Positions 37,445-48,734 of a DNA stretch of 64,000 nucleotides are shown here, one piece after another. The notes under the pieces are model-generated. The model was not told where the DNA came from and did no database searches. It saw only the letters and a list, made by a program, of their open reading frames with translations. Location: NCBI GenBank assembly GCA_963754925.1, contig CAVWHX010000012.1, forward strand, positions 32,001 to 96,000. Direction: 5' to 3'. The DNA comes from an uncultured delta proteobacterium. Its GTDB lineage: Bacteria; Myxococcota; B64-G9. Positions within the stretch are counted from its first letter, which is position 1. Each line of letters begins with the position of its first letter. Made by a program: the position numbers and the translations under genes.

Positions 37445-39772
37445 ATGGCCACGGATAACAAGGTAGCGCCGTCGTCATGGGAGCTGGGGCCAGAGGCACG
37501 ATCGTTTGTTGAAAGCTCAAACGAGTCTATTTTCATTTTCGAAATTGCGACCGATCCCGCTGCAGATGATGCCCTTGTCTTCGTCAACGAGCAGACGTCC
37601 GACGTATTTGGCTACTCTCGCGACGAACTACTCCATGTTGATTTTCTTTCACTTGGTTGCAACGAACCGTCCCACCACCAGCTTAATATGAAGGAAGTAC
37701 GAAACAAGGTGGTCGCCGAAGGACCACAGGGTTTCGAATGGCACGCCAAGGCTAAAGATGGCCATCTGTTCTGGGTCGAAGCGAACATACGTCATTGGCC
37801 ACGTGATGGCAGGAACTATTTGATCGTCAGAGTGCACAACATCGCCGCACGCAAACAGAGAGAAGCGGATCTACAGAGCGCCAAGGATTTCGCCGAGAAC
37901 CTCCTTAAAACCGCCAACGCCATGGTTGTGAGACTCGACGTTGACGGCAACATCCAAATTATCAATGAGGCTGCTGAGGCCATTACCGGTTACGCCGCCG
38001 CCGAGATACTCGGCCGCAATTGGTTTGAAGTGTTAGTGCCCAAGAGCAGGTTTCCGCACGTTTGGGAAGAATTCCAGCGACTTAGGGCGGGTGGTTTGCC
38101 GAAACGCTTTGAAAATCCGATCCTCACCAAATTCGGCGAGGAGCGTTTCACCGTTTGGCGAAACAACGAGATACGAGAGCAGGGACAGATTGTGGGAACC
38201 ATTTCCTTTGGCGTCGATATCACCGAACACCGGCAGGCCGAAAAGGCGCTTCAGGAGAGCGAGGCACGGAACCTGGCGCTGCTCACCGCCATCCCCGATG
38301 TTCTTTTGTTGCTTAATAACAAGGGTATTCTTCTTGATTTTCATTTCAATGGTCTTCCCAACCTATTTACCTCCCTCAAAGATAACCTCAATCGCCCTAT
38401 AGCAGACGCGCTACCGAGCCCACTCGGAGAGCTCATTGTGGCCGCCTGTAACCGAGCGTTGGAAACTGGCGCGATGCAACAAATCGAGCATCAAATGGCG
38501 GCGAATGGCCCCGTGGAGTACCTCGAAGCCCGGGTGGTCAAGAGCGGCGAGAAGACGGTCTTTGTCATGTTGAGGGACATTACCGAGGGACGCAAGCTCC
38601 AAGAGCAGCTCATGGTTTCAGACCGCATGGCGTCGGTCGGAACTCTTGCCGCGGGGGTGGCGCACGAGATCAATAATCCCTTGGCCGCCATTATGGCGAA
38701 CATCGAGTTGATCATCTCTAAGTTCACCAAACTCGCTCCCCAGGTGCCGGACGACGAGGTTCGTGAGATACGTGAAGATTTAACTGATGCGTTGGATGCG
38801 ACGATACGGGTCAAAAACATCGTAAGCGATTTACGTATCTTCTCGCGCTCGCAAGAGGTTCGAGACGGAACCGTCGATATCGAGCACTTGCTCGAATCCT
38901 CGCTCCGCATGGCCTATAACGAGATCCGCCACCGCGCGAAGGTGGTACGGGATTTCCAACCGGTGCCGCCGGTTAATGGAAACGAGTCTCGGCTCGGGCA
39001 AGTTCTCCTCAACATCATCGTGAATGCGGCGCAAGCGATAGAAGAAGGACATGCCGATACCAATGAGATCCGCGTCACCACCGGGCTCGATGACCACGGG
39101 ATGGTCGTCATTGAGATCTCCAACACCGGGGTGGGCATGCCGCCCGAGATGATACCAAAGCTCTTCACGCCCTTTTTTACCACCAAGCCAGCGGGTGTCG
39201 GAACGGGGCTGGGCTTGGTGATCTGTCATCGAATCGTGGGCGCCCTCGGCGGCTCAATCGAGGTTGAAAGCACCGTGGGGAAAGGAAGCACATTTCGGAT
39301 TCTGCTGCCTCCCGGCCATAAAGAAGATTTCGCACCGTCAATGCGTGTCTGGGATGAACACATCGCACCCCCTTACCACGGCACGGTCCTCATTGTGGAC
39401 GACGAATACATGCTGGGAAAAGTGTTAGGCCGGACGCTGGGCGGCGAGCATCAGGTAACCATTGTAACCCGCGCTCAGGAGGCGTTGAAGAAGATCTCCG
39501 CGGGGGAGCGGTTCGACGCGATCCTGTGCGACCTGATGATGCCGGAGATGAGCGGAATGGAGTTCTACCATGAGGTCTCCCACGTCGCACCGGACCAAGC
39601 ACGCCAGATAATTTTCATGACCGGCGGGGCGTTCACCCCCCGAGCGCGGGCATTCCTCGACGAAGTTCCGAATGCACGTCTTCAAAAACCCTTCGAGTTA
39701 ACAACCCTGAAGAACCTCATCAACATGCAGCTCACTGAGTTACCGTGCCGTTCGTGCCAGCCGGAAGCATAG
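37445..39772 (+). CDS. hybrid histidine kinase (3 PAS, HisKA, HATPase, REC)
   Basis: AHEINNPL, NAAQA, FFTTK...GTGLGL, CDLMMP. Confidence 0.93.
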   Translation: MATDNKVAPSSWELGPEARSFVESSNESIFIFEIATDPAADDALVFVNEQTSDVFGYSRDELLHVDFLSLGCNEPSHHQLNMKEVRNKVVAEGPQGFEWHAKAKDGHLFWVEANIRHWPRDGRNYLIVRVHNIAARKQREADLQSAKDFAENLLKTANAMVVRLDVDGNIQIINEAAEAITGYAAAEILGRNWFEVLVPKSRFPHVWEEFQRLRAGGLPKRFENPILTKFGEERFTVWRNNEIREQGQIVGTISFGVDITEHRQAEKALQESEARNLALLTAIPDVLLLLNNKGILLDFHFNGLPNLFTSLKDNLNRPIADALPSPLGELIVAACNRALETGAMQQIEHQMAANGPVEYLEARVVKSGEKTVFVMLRDITEGRKLQEQLMVSDRMASVGTLAAGVAHEINNPLAAIMANIELIISKFTKLAPQVPDDEVREIREDLTDALDATIRVKNIVSDLRIFSRSQEVRDGTVDIEHLLESSLRMAYNEIRHRAKVVRDFQPVPPVNGNESRLGQVLLNIIVNAAQAIEEGHADTNEIRVTTGLDDHGMVVIEISNTGVGMPPEMIPKLFTPFFTTKPAGVGTGLGLVICHRIVGALGGSIEVESTVGKGSTFRILLPPGHKEDFAPSMRVWDEHIAPPYHGTVLIVDDEYMLGKVLGRTLGGEHQVTIVTRAQEALKKISAGERFDAILCDLMMPEMSGMEFYHEVSHVAPDQARQIIFMTGGAFTPRARAFLDEVPNARLQKPFELTTLKNLINMQLTELPCRSCQPEA

Positions 39773-39782
39773 ATCGACAAGC

Positions 39783-39850
39783 CCCCCTGAAGGGATAAGA
39801 CCCCGTAACGCTTACTACGTTCGCTAACGGGCTCTAACCCCTGAAGGGAA
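39783..39850. repeat. two-hairpin element between convergent genes
   Basis: CCCCTGAAGGGATAAGACCCCGT...ACGGGCTCTAA followed by CCCCTGAAGGG. Confidence 0.8.
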
Positions 39851-39873
39851 GGGAGGTTGAGTGTATATTGTTT

Positions 39874-42084
39874 CTAGTATTCAACCAGCGTCTTGAGCAT
39901 CACATCGGTCTGCTTGAGCCTTTCAGCCAGGGCGGCGGCAAGCCTTTCAAAGACAATTTCTCCAAGGAGGGGATTGGCGCTCGTGCAGGCATCAAATGCA
40001 GAACGTGAAATTGAATAAAGGTATACTTCGTCTTCGGCGCGCGCATTCGCCGTGCGCTCGCCGTTGCTCAGAAATGCTATGTCGCCAAAAAAATCTCCTC
40101 TGCCAAAAGTGGCCAGATGTTCGATCATGCCGTGTTCCAAAGGCATATTTATGTGAACCGTTCCTTTCCTAATGAAAAATAATTCTCCTCCCAGGTCTCC
40201 TTTGGCAAATATCGATTGATGAGGTTCAAACTTTTTTTCGACAGCGCACGACAAGATTGTTGCGACAACGGAGTTCTCGACATTCGAAAAAAAACTGAAT
40301 TCGGAAAGATTGAGCGGTCTGGTGATATCTTCTGAGCCGACTTTTTCTGATTCTAACATTCGATCCTCGGCCCATTCGATGCCCTCATCAAGATCATCGA
40401 ATATTTTTATCTTTCTCTCATACGGCGATAGGCCGAGGTGGTTGAGGTAACTTTGCACATTCCGGCCGGTTGGTAGAGCTAACGGCACCGAGGTGAATAT
40501 TAAATAGCCGCTGTTTTCACTAATAGTTTGTTCTATCTGATCAAGCCGATGGACGGCGGTATAGTCAATTGAATGGACCCTTCTCATGTCCAGAATAATG
40601 TACCTGCAGGTGGTGAGATGGGGCTCAAGCTCGATCATTAATTGGTCGGCGGTTCCAAAAAACAGGAGCCCTTGAAGTTCGACGGCAAGTATCTCGTGTC
40701 CTTTTTTCTCAAGTATCTTTCTTTCTTCAGGGAGTCTTCGCTTTTTTGAAAAGATTTGGTTGCCGAATACTTTTCTCCTGATGACCGATTGCCTCGCCTG
40801 ATCTCTTAAAAAAATGAATATCGATAAGAGAATGCCGGTGCCGGCAGCTATGATGAGATCAAAGTAAAGGGCAGCCACAATCACCATGACAGAGACAAAA
40901 AAATCAAACACCGTTGATTTATATTTTAGCAGAGAAGCGCTTCGTATATCGATCATCCTCAATCCTACCACAATGAGTATTCCGGCCAACGCTGCCAGCG
41001 GCACCCAGGCGATGAGGTCTCCCATAACGAGAAAAACCGCCAACGAGAATACGCCGCTCAACACTCCCGAGAATCTACTCCGCGCGCCGCTGCCAACATT
41101 TACCAAGGTGGCGCCTATGGTTCCAGCTCCGGGAATGCCGCAACAAAGCGCCGACCCAAGATTTGCGAAACCCTGCCCAATCAATTCACGATTAGAGTTA
41201 TGCCGCGAGCGTGTAAGGGTATCAAGAACAACACACGTTTTTAGAGTATCAATCGATAACAGAACGGATAAGGTAACGGCGGTGACAGCCACCCTGCTCA
41301 GGTGCTCAATGTTGATAGCTGTTACATTCTTCCAGGATTCAACAAAAATGCTGAGATAGCTGCTCTCGCCGCTGGCTATCGCTCCCACAATCATCGAGTT
41401 TCCCTTCATTACCCCCATCTCTGGATAAAAGATTGCTAAGCACCAATATACGACAATCCCAACGGCAAGCGATATGATCGTGGCCGGCACTAACTTGGTC
41501 ATTCTCGGCGCAACGAACATCGCGAGCATGGTAGCGATCCCAATGACCAGTCCTTTCCATCGCCACAGGTCCAAATTCAATAAGCCCGACCACCCCTGAG
41601 CATCTTTCGCGATCCCAAATAAATTAGGAAACTGCCCGGTTATGATGAGAATGCCGACGGCGCTCAGGTAACCGGCAACCACCGGAAAGGGAATATACTT
41701 TATGAAACGGCCGCCGCCCATGGCGCCCAGGAACACTTGTCCGATGCCGCATAGTGCGATGATACCTAACAACAGGGATGGAATCAGGTGTATCGATATT
41801 GATCCCATACCCGTGGTGGTTGCCTCAATAACAAATGTTGAGAGCACTGCCGCAGCCGGCGCGCAGGGAGCTGAAATCAATTTTGGCGTACCGCCCACGA
41901 GCGGGGCAATGAGACCGATAACCACGGCGCCCATTATTCCTGCGATGGCACCTCTGGTTGCATAACCCTGTCCAAGCGGGGAATAAATGATCAAACCAAA
42001 GGCGATGGCCGAGGGAAGAGCAACCAACATGGCAGCCAGCCCGCCGAAGGTGTCCCCGATGAGGTTCTCAAATTTTAAGCTCAT
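39874..42084 (-). CDS. SulP/SLC26 anion transporter with STAS and cNMP-binding domains
   Basis: ALPSAIAFG, NRELIGQG, LFFGTA (STAS), FFGDIA...RTANA. Confidence 0.9.
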   Translation of the reverse strand: MSLKFENLIGDTFGGLAAMLVALPSAIAFGLIIYSPLGQGYATRGAIAGIMGAVVIGLIAPLVGGTPKLISAPCAPAAAVLSTFVIEATTTGMGSISIHLIPSLLLGIIALCGIGQVFLGAMGGGRFIKYIPFPVVAGYLSAVGILIITGQFPNLFGIAKDAQGWSGLLNLDLWRWKGLVIGIATMLAMFVAPRMTKLVPATIISLAVGIVVYWCLAIFYPEMGVMKGNSMIVGAIASGESSYLSIFVESWKNVTAINIEHLSRVAVTAVTLSVLLSIDTLKTCVVLDTLTRSRHNSNRELIGQGFANLGSALCCGIPGAGTIGATLVNVGSGARSRFSGVLSGVFSLAVFLVMGDLIAWVPLAALAGILIVVGLRMIDIRSASLLKYKSTVFDFFVSVMVIVAALYFDLIIAAGTGILLSIFIFLRDQARQSVIRRKVFGNQIFSKKRRLPEERKILEKKGHEILAVELQGLLFFGTADQLMIELEPHLTTCRYIILDMRRVHSIDYTAVHRLDQIEQTISENSGYLIFTSVPLALPTGRNVQSYLNHLGLSPYERKIKIFDDLDEGIEWAEDRMLESEKVGSEDITRPLNLSEFSFFSNVENSVVATILSCAVEKKFEPHQSIFAKGDLGGELFFIRKGTVHINMPLEHGMIEHLATFGRGDFFGDIAFLSNGERTANARAEDEVYLYSISRSAFDACTSANPLLGEIVFERLAAALAERLKQTDVMLKTLVEY

Positions 42085-42240
42085 AGAATTATTATATATT
42101 ATCTCATTAAGCTCTCACAAGGAAGCTGCCGGCGGGTTAGGGCAATCAGTTAGAGGCTTGCAGGCATTCGGCTGTGGGTCAATTTGCCGTGTCGTTCGAC
42201 GAATACTCCTAAGTTCACCAGGTAACTGATGCACAATATT

Positions 42241-43083
42241 TTACTTATCGTCTTGCTCTTCTTGTGTCTCTGCACCCGGAGATGCTCTGGGCTGATCCGA
42301 TGACGTGGTATCCGTCGCCGGGGGCGTATCGTTGAGCTCATTATCGGCCGCTGTCTTCGGCGTATTCATCACGTCCTCATATTCCGGTATCACTATCCCC
42401 CGTTGAACCATAATCCGGTATATTCGCGCCGAACGATCTGCTACATACTCAGAATCTCCGTTCGCACTGAACCGCATTGGGTTGGGAAGCACGCTCGCCA
42501 GTCTCGCGCTCTCTTCTGGCCCCAACTCGTATGCCGCCTTATTAAAGTAATGGAGCGCAGCTACCTGGGCGCCAAATATGCCGTCCCCCCATTCCGCAAC
42601 ATTGAGATAGAGCTCCATGATCCGTTTCTTGGATAGGGTATGTTCCAGCCGCCAGGTGAGAATAGCCTCCTTGATCTTTCTGATTGGATTCTTCGAAGGT
42701 GAGAGAAAGAGATTTTTCGCCAATTGCTGGCTGATGGTGGAGCCTCCCAAAAAAAAGGCGCCTTTCTTGATGTCTTTCTCGAGAGCTTTTTGCATTGCAT
42801 CAAAATCAAAGCCGTCGTGGCTAAAGAACTTATCATCCTCCGAAATGATGACCGCCTTGACCAGGTAGGGAGAGATGCGTTCCAACGGCACCCAGTTTTG
42901 TATGATTTCTTTTCTTCTTTTTTTCTTTGCCCACTGTTGATGCCGGTACTCCATAAACGCAGTCTTTGAGGGACGCTCCGTCCTAAGCACAGAGATGTTT
43001 GGGTACACAAAGTATATTAAGGTATCGACTCCAACAATCAAAAAGGCGGCTATCACCGTATAGAATAGAAGTTTTCTCAACAT
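42241..43083 (-). CDS. mtgA: monofunctional peptidoglycan transglycosylase
   Basis: EDDKFFSHDG, GGSTISQQLAKN, RKIKE, LYLN. Confidence 0.92.
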   Translation of the reverse strand: MLRKLLFYTVIAAFLIVGVDTLIYFVYPNISVLRTERPSKTAFMEYRHQQWAKKKRRKEIIQNWVPLERISPYLVKAVIISEDDKFFSHDGFDFDAMQKALEKDIKKGAFFLGGSTISQQLAKNLFLSPSKNPIRKIKEAILTWRLEHTLSKKRIMELYLNVAEWGDGIFGAQVAALHYFNKAAYELGPEESARLASVLPNPMRFSANGDSEYVADRSARIYRIMVQRGIVIPEYEDVMNTPKTAADNELNDTPPATDTTSSDQPRASPGAETQEEQDDK

Positions 43084-43243
43084 GGAACCATTTTCGCCGT
43101 ACTGGTCATGTCCGCCAGCTGACGGGATTTATAGACTTTTTTTTCAGAATTATCAAATCAGGAGGATACTCGGTACTGTATCATGTGGGCGCATGCTGTT
43201 ATCGCAACGTCGCGGTTGTGTCGTTAGAAGCCACTATCACGTG

Positions 43244-43675
43244 CTAGCATCTAATTAAGGTAGCCTTGAGTTTGATCTGTGTCGATCTCAGCGCTTTCGA
43301 AATCGGGCAACCTACCTTGGCCTTTTCGGCTAACTCAAGAAATTGCTCCTCTTCTATCTTCTTTACTTCAGCGTTAGTGTCGAGCTCAATTGAGGAGATG
43401 GTAAATCCGTCATCCTGTTTGAGAAGCTGCACCGTTGCCGTTGTCTTAACCGAGTTTGGCTCAAATCCAGCTTCGCTGAGTATATGGGCCAGCGCCATGG
43501 AAAAGCACCCGGCATGCGCTGCGCCAAGCAACTCTTCGGGGTTGGTTCCCGTGCCTTCCTGAAATCGCGATGCAAACGAATAAGTTCCCTCAAACGCTCC
43601 GCTGCCAAGCGCCACTGTTCCCTTACCCTGGGTCAGATTTCCTCTCCAATGAGCTGATGCTTTGCGAATCGCCAT
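43244..43675 (-). CDS. osmC: OsmC peroxiredoxin
   Basis: GTNPEELLGAAHAGCFSMAL, CPISKAL. Confidence 0.95.
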   Translation of the reverse strand: MAIRKASAHWRGNLTQGKGTVALGSGAFEGTYSFASRFQEGTGTNPEELLGAAHAGCFSMALAHILSEAGFEPNSVKTTATVQLLKQDDGFTISSIELDTNAEVKKIEEEQFLELAEKAKVGCPISKALRSTQIKLKATLIRC

Positions 43676-43859
43676 GGCCTTACCTCCTGGGCACGTTCTT
43701 TCCTCTCACAGACCTTAAGACTCGGCACTGAATTGTCAATCCGCCAAATCTCGGAATGAAACAACCGGGTTAATCCGATCAGGAGCGCAAACTCATGGGA
43801 TGAACGTATAGAATATCACGAGAATCAACATGTTCAGCACGATTCCCGGGTAATCCCTA

Positions 43860-43930
<71 letters not shown>

Positions 43931-43939
43931 GTATATCAA

Positions 43940-44012
43940 AGCGGGCGAAGGGATTTGAACCCTCGACTTCAACCTTGGCAAGGTTGCACTCTAGCCGCTG
44001 AGTTACGCCCGC
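43940..44012 (-). tRNA. tRNA-Gly(GCC)
   Basis: GCGGGCGTAACTCAGCGGCTAGAGTGCAACCTTGCCAAGGTTGAAGTCGAGGGTTCAAATCCCTTCGCCCGCT; pgsA-Gly-Cys order. Confidence 0.95.
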
Positions 44013-44114
44013 ACAGTGGGCCTTTGTCGCTCAAGTATGAGGCTTTGTCAAGAGAAACCGCTCACGGTTGATATTGATTCAGCATTGTTTTAAGAGTTAA
44101 GGTATGACTCGAAA

Positions 44115-44792
44115 TCAATGTGCTGATCGCGCCTGATCCCTCCTGCTGATCGTCTGAACGAAATCAATCATGTACTGCACCGCAGAAAATATGCTGAAGA
44201 ACAACGACATAAAAATCAACCATAAACCAACGGTATGGAAATCCACCCACGGCCGCACCGGAATGCCCCAACTAGACAGCAAATTGTGAAACCAGGAGTC
44301 CGCAACCAAATTATGAATAGCGGGTGATATGAGCGCAATAGGATACGAATAATGAATCAACAGGCCCAAAATGCCGGTGAGTTGAAAGGCCGTTTTCCAT
44401 TTACCCCCTTGACTTGCGACGATGACCAGACCCTCGGAGGAAGCTATTCCCCGCAAACCGGTGATGGAAAGTTCGCGGGCAAGCAGCAATACCACCACCC
44501 AGGCGGGTATGCGACCCAAGGGAACCAGCATCACCAAGGTCGACATGACGATCAATTTGTCGGCAAGGGGATCGAGGAATTTTCCTAGCACGGTAATCAT
44601 GTTTCGGCGCCGGGCGAGCCAGCCATCGAAAAAATCGGTTATCGAAGCCAGGGAAAATAGACTCGCCGCGATGAAACTGTTGATTCTATTCTCATAATAT
44701 ATAAACCAAAGCACCACTGGAATGACCAGGATTCGAAACATCGTCAACATATTGGGCAGGTTGAAAAACTCTTCTTTCATGTTCCTGCTCAT
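44115..44792 (-). CDS. pgsA: CDP-diacylglycerol--glycerol-3-phosphate 3-phosphatidyltransferase
   Basis: NLPNMLT, TDFFDGWLARR...GKFLDPLADK. Confidence 0.93.
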   Translation of the reverse strand: MSRNMKEEFFNLPNMLTMFRILVIPVVLWFIYYENRINSFIAASLFSLASITDFFDGWLARRRNMITVLGKFLDPLADKLIVMSTLVMLVPLGRIPAWVVVLLLARELSITGLRGIASSEGLVIVASQGGKWKTAFQLTGILGLLIHYSYPIALISPAIHNLVADSWFHNLLSSWGIPVRPWVDFHTVGLWLIFMSLFFSIFSAVQYMIDFVQTISRRDQARSAH

Positions 44793-44935
44793 GGATCCTC
44801 TCCTTTTAGTCAAACGTTAAATCACACCATTGGCCAAACTCGAAAATAGAAGTTTCCCTGCGCGAGCGGCCACTCGCATAATCGCAAGAGAACCCACTTA
44901 CTGCAACGGGATTTTATCCAAGTATAAAAAGAAAA

Positions 44936-46219
44936 CTAGATCAAGTAGAAGACTCTACCAACGCCTTTAAGCTCGATCCACAATCCATCAGGCAGCAATG
45001 GATTGGCTTGCAATAACCGCGGTACCAACGGTCCCGCCCAACCCACCAACCGATCCGCGAGCAACATGATGCGGCCTTCATTCTCAAGGGTGCGACTGCG
45101 CAATGCTCCCACCGATTGAAAAACCACCTCGGCTGATCCCATTAAATGAAAGATTCTGATGCCTTCGCCGCGTTCGGCTGGCAAAACACCATTTTCCCAC
45201 AGAACGGTATCTGAAAAAGCAAACACCTGGTCCTCTTGGAAATAGCTCGGTTCCTTACTCTGGAGGTGTATATAAAAGTGGCTCTGGTCACTGGGATAAA
45301 TAAGGAGCCGTCCCGAGCCATCTACCTGCATCATAGCGCGGCTGCCTTTATCGAATGAATGCGTGGTTATCTCACCCTTGAAGCGCTTATTCACGGGCGA
45401 GAATTTCATCTCGCCGTCCACGCTAAAGATTCCCTGGAGGCGAGTGAATACTTTACCCGTCGACCGAACCACGAGCGCGTCACCGTCGAGTCGAAAGTTT
45501 GCCGGGTCCTCGTCGTCGGTACTGGAATATGCAATAACGGTTTTGGTTGCTTTCCAATTCGCCCGTGTAGGAGTCTCCTCGGGCACCGCCGGTGCAACGG
45601 CGCCGCTCGACGGTTGAACCGGTTGTTCCTTTTCATTGAGATCACTAAAATCCTGCTCCGCCGCTGCCGCAATGCTACTGTGCATATCCTCAGGGGGTTC
45701 CCGTTCTTCAATCTGCTCATTGATCCCATCATTCAATCCAGGCCCCGGTATCGGTACATCCGCGATGGTTGATTGCGCACGCGCCTCTTCCATACGGCCT
45801 TTCTTGGCCAAAACCAATCCCAGGAACCGACGGGCCTTATCGTGATCGGGTCTTAGCTCGATCGCCCGGCGGAGCTGCTCCTCGGCCTCGCTCATCATAC
45901 CGGCCTTGATGTAAACCATGCCCAAGTTAACCCGTAGGGTGACTTCTTCTCCGAAGCGATCAATCAAGTTGCGGTAGATTTCGATCGCTCGGGGGAGTAA
46001 CCCCATCTTGAAGTACACCAATCCTAACAGATTTTGACCGCGCGGATTGGTGGGTTTGAGGGTGAAGGCTTTCTCAAGGTGTTCCTTGGCGTCTACCATC
46101 CTCCCCGCTTGAAGCAACTCGCCCCCCTGGTAAAGATGGTACAAGAAGTCGTCATCGATCTCTTCGGGTTGTTCATCCTCTTGCATCTCGAGGGGGGAGG
46201 TGGGTTGATCGGCATTCAT
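44936..46219 (-). CDS. TPR protein with an AIM24-like C-terminal domain
   Basis: N-terminal TPR repeats; C-terminal beta-rich region (MMQVDGSGRL, WIELKGVGRV). Confidence 0.7.
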   Translation of the reverse strand: MNADQPTSPLEMQEDEQPEEIDDDFLYHLYQGGELLQAGRMVDAKEHLEKAFTLKPTNPRGQNLLGLVYFKMGLLPRAIEIYRNLIDRFGEEVTLRVNLGMVYIKAGMMSEAEEQLRRAIELRPDHDKARRFLGLVLAKKGRMEEARAQSTIADVPIPGPGLNDGINEQIEEREPPEDMHSSIAAAAEQDFSDLNEKEQPVQPSSGAVAPAVPEETPTRANWKATKTVIAYSSTDDEDPANFRLDGDALVVRSTGKVFTRLQGIFSVDGEMKFSPVNKRFKGEITTHSFDKGSRAMMQVDGSGRLLIYPSDQSHFYIHLQSKEPSYFQEDQVFAFSDTVLWENGVLPAERGEGIRIFHLMGSAEVVFQSVGALRSRTLENEGRIMLLADRLVGWAGPLVPRLLQANPLLPDGLWIELKGVGRVFYLI

Positions 46220-46884
46220 CAGGGTTTGTTTCCTTGCGCGTCGGGCTTTTCTGCCATAGTGGTCTGTTGCTTGTAATAGTAATAGAGATGCAATACCCGT
46301 CGCACGTACTGTTGTGTTTCGTCAATAGGCGGGATGCCCATGTAACGAAACACCGTCTGGTGGCCAGCGTTATAGGCTGCCAGGGTAAGAACCAAATCAC
46401 CACCAAAGGTATTAGCCAAGAAACGCAAATAGCGAGCCCCACCCAAAATATTTTGCCGGGGATCAAACACCTCCTGCACGCCCATTTCCGCCGCCGTCGC
46501 CGGCATAAGCTGCATCAAACCCTGGGCCCCCGCTTCTGAAATCGCGGTAGGGTTATTCGCGCTCTCAACTGCCATTACCGCTCGGATAAGCGGTTCGGGA
46601 ATATTAAATCGTCGAGAACCTTCCAGAACGAAATCGTTGTACTCCGCCGCCGGCTTGGGCATGAATATTTGGGTGTAATTGGCCGCTGGCGTGAACTTTA
46701 TTCTCGCCCTACTCCCGGAGGCAATTTTCTTGTACCGGGGGTCGGTGGGCACATTGCTGTAATGCACCACGCCATCCTGGTCGATGTATTTGTAAACCTC
46801 TGCCCGCGCAACGCCCGCCATACAACAGGCAAGCGTGGCCACCATAAGTGCACTTATAAACCAGGTTTTTTCTACTTTCCACAT
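46219..46884 (-). CDS. soluble lytic transglycosylase (DUF4124 + SLT)
   Basis: VYKYIDQDGVVHYSNVP, AVES, GAQGLMQLMP, AAYNAG. Confidence 0.92.
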   Translation of the reverse strand: MWKVEKTWFISALMVATLACCMAGVARAEVYKYIDQDGVVHYSNVPTDPRYKKIASGSRARIKFTPAANYTQIFMPKPAAEYNDFVLEGSRRFNIPEPLIRAVMAVESANNPTAISEAGAQGLMQLMPATAAEMGVQEVFDPRQNILGGARYLRFLANTFGGDLVLTLAAYNAGHQTVFRYMGIPPIDETQQYVRRVLHLYYYYKQQTTMAEKPDAQGNKP

Positions 46885-47093
46885 GGCAAACTTACATCAA
46901 TTATACCTTTTGTTAACTTGAGTTATAGCCTATTACCTCTCCCAGGCCAATGCCATATAAATATTAGCATGGTAGCTCCTGCCAAGGCAAGGAAGCTATT
47001 GACCCTCCAGAGATTCGAGCTTGACCGTGGGATATCTTAACCCTATCGTGGTGTTGGTATTGTTTCTCAACGTCTTTTCGAGGAGACAACGCG

Positions 47094-48734
47094 GTGAATA
47101 TCCAGGTAGACTTTTTGGTAATCGGCGGCGGCCTTGCCGGGCTTACGTTCGCTCTCCATGCCGCCCCGTATGGATCGGTGTTGGTACTCATGAAGAAAAC
47201 CAATGTCGAATCCGCCTCTGACCGCGCCCAAGGTGGAATCGCTTCGGTAACTTCAAGCGACGATTCCTTTGAAGACCATGAGGCTGACACCGTGCGCGCC
47301 GGCGCTGGCCTCTGCCACCCGGACGTCGTACGTGCCTGTATCGCCGCAGGCCCCGACAGCATCCAGCGGCTCGTTGACCTCGGGGTGCCCTTCAGCCGCC
47401 AGGGCAATCAGGGGAAGTTTGATCTCGGCAAAGAAGGCGGTCACTCGCGCCGGCGTATCCTGCACGCCGGTGATTTCACCGGTCGTGAGATCATGCAGGC
47501 CTTGATCAAGGCTACCCTCGCCCAACGCAACATCCAGGTCATGGAGAACAAACTCGCGATTAACCTGATCATCGACCATACATCGGGCAGCAGACCGGAG
47601 GGCATCTGCCGGGGTGCCTATGCCTTGGATCAAGCCACCCGTCAGATCGACACGATCTTGGGGCGCTGCACCGTCCTTGCCACCGGCGGAGCCGGCAAGG
47701 TGTATCTGTACACTTCCAATCCAGACGTCGCTACGGGCGATGGTATGGCCATGGCCTATCGGGCCGGGGCCGAGATGGCTAACCTTGAGTTCGTCCAGTT
47801 TCACCCCACCTGCCTGTACCACCCCCAGGCTAAGTCATTCTTGCTCTCAGAAGCCTTGCGCGGTGAAGGCGGCAAGCTGCGTCTGGCCAACGGCGCCGAG
47901 TTCTTGAGTGAGTATGACCAGCGCGGCTCCTTGGCAACCCGCGACGTTGTCGCGCGTGCCATCGATCTTGAGCTCAAGAAACGCGGTGATGACTTCGTTC
48001 TTCTCGACATGACCGGCGTTCCTGCTGACTACCTGATGATGCGCTTCCCCAACCTCTACACCCGTTGCCTCGAGCTCGGCATGGACATGTCACGTCAGCC
48101 GCTGCCGGTGGTTCCGGCCGCCCATTATTTCTGCGGCGGGGTCCGAACCGATCTGCAGGGGCGAACCTCGGTCCCGGGCCTCTATGCGATCGGCGAGACC
48201 GCCTGCACCGGTTTTCATGGCGCCAATCGTCTGGCCTCTAACTCGTTGCTCGAGGCGGTGGTCTTCGGCCGCGTGGCGGCGCTTGACGCAGGCAGCTGGA
48301 TTAAACGCGCGCCGCGGTTCCCCACGCCGCCGCCGCCCTGGGATATCGGCAATGCGGTAGACTCTGATGAAAGCGTGGTCGTCACCCAGAACTGGGATGA
48401 AATCCGCCAGTTTACCTGGAACTATGTCGGCATCGTGCGCTCGGACAAACGCCTGGCTCGAGCCACCCGACGTATCGCGATGGTACGGGAAGAAATCCAG
48501 GAGTACTACTGGAACTTCCTGCTGACCTCAGATCTGGTGGAGTTGCGCAATATTGCGGTGGTCGCGGAAGTGGCGATTGCTTGCGCGCGGCTGCGCCAGG
48601 AAAGCCGCGGTTTGCACTATAATCTCGATCACCCTCAAGCGGAGGAACAGTTCCTGAAAGATACGGTGATTCGACGCGGGGATCGCAACGTCCCGGAGCC
48701 ATGTTCTACGGCGTTACCCTATGCGTGGTCGTGA
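47094..48734 (+). CDS. nadB: L-aspartate oxidase
   Basis: GGGLAG, AQGGIA, EGGHSRRRILH, QFHPT, HGANRLASNSL, ESRGLHY. Confidence 0.95.
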   Translation: MNIQVDFLVIGGGLAGLTFALHAAPYGSVLVLMKKTNVESASDRAQGGIASVTSSDDSFEDHEADTVRAGAGLCHPDVVRACIAAGPDSIQRLVDLGVPFSRQGNQGKFDLGKEGGHSRRRILHAGDFTGREIMQALIKATLAQRNIQVMENKLAINLIIDHTSGSRPEGICRGAYALDQATRQIDTILGRCTVLATGGAGKVYLYTSNPDVATGDGMAMAYRAGAEMANLEFVQFHPTCLYHPQAKSFLLSEALRGEGGKLRLANGAEFLSEYDQRGSLATRDVVARAIDLELKKRGDDFVLLDMTGVPADYLMMRFPNLYTRCLELGMDMSRQPLPVVPAAHYFCGGVRTDLQGRTSVPGLYAIGETACTGFHGANRLASNSLLEAVVFGRVAALDAGSWIKRAPRFPTPPPPWDIGNAVDSDESVVVTQNWDEIRQFTWNYVGIVRSDKRLARATRRIAMVREEIQEYYWNFLLTSDLVELRNIAVVAEVAIACARLRQESRGLHYNLDHPQAEEQFLKDTVIRRGDRNVPEPCSTALPYAWS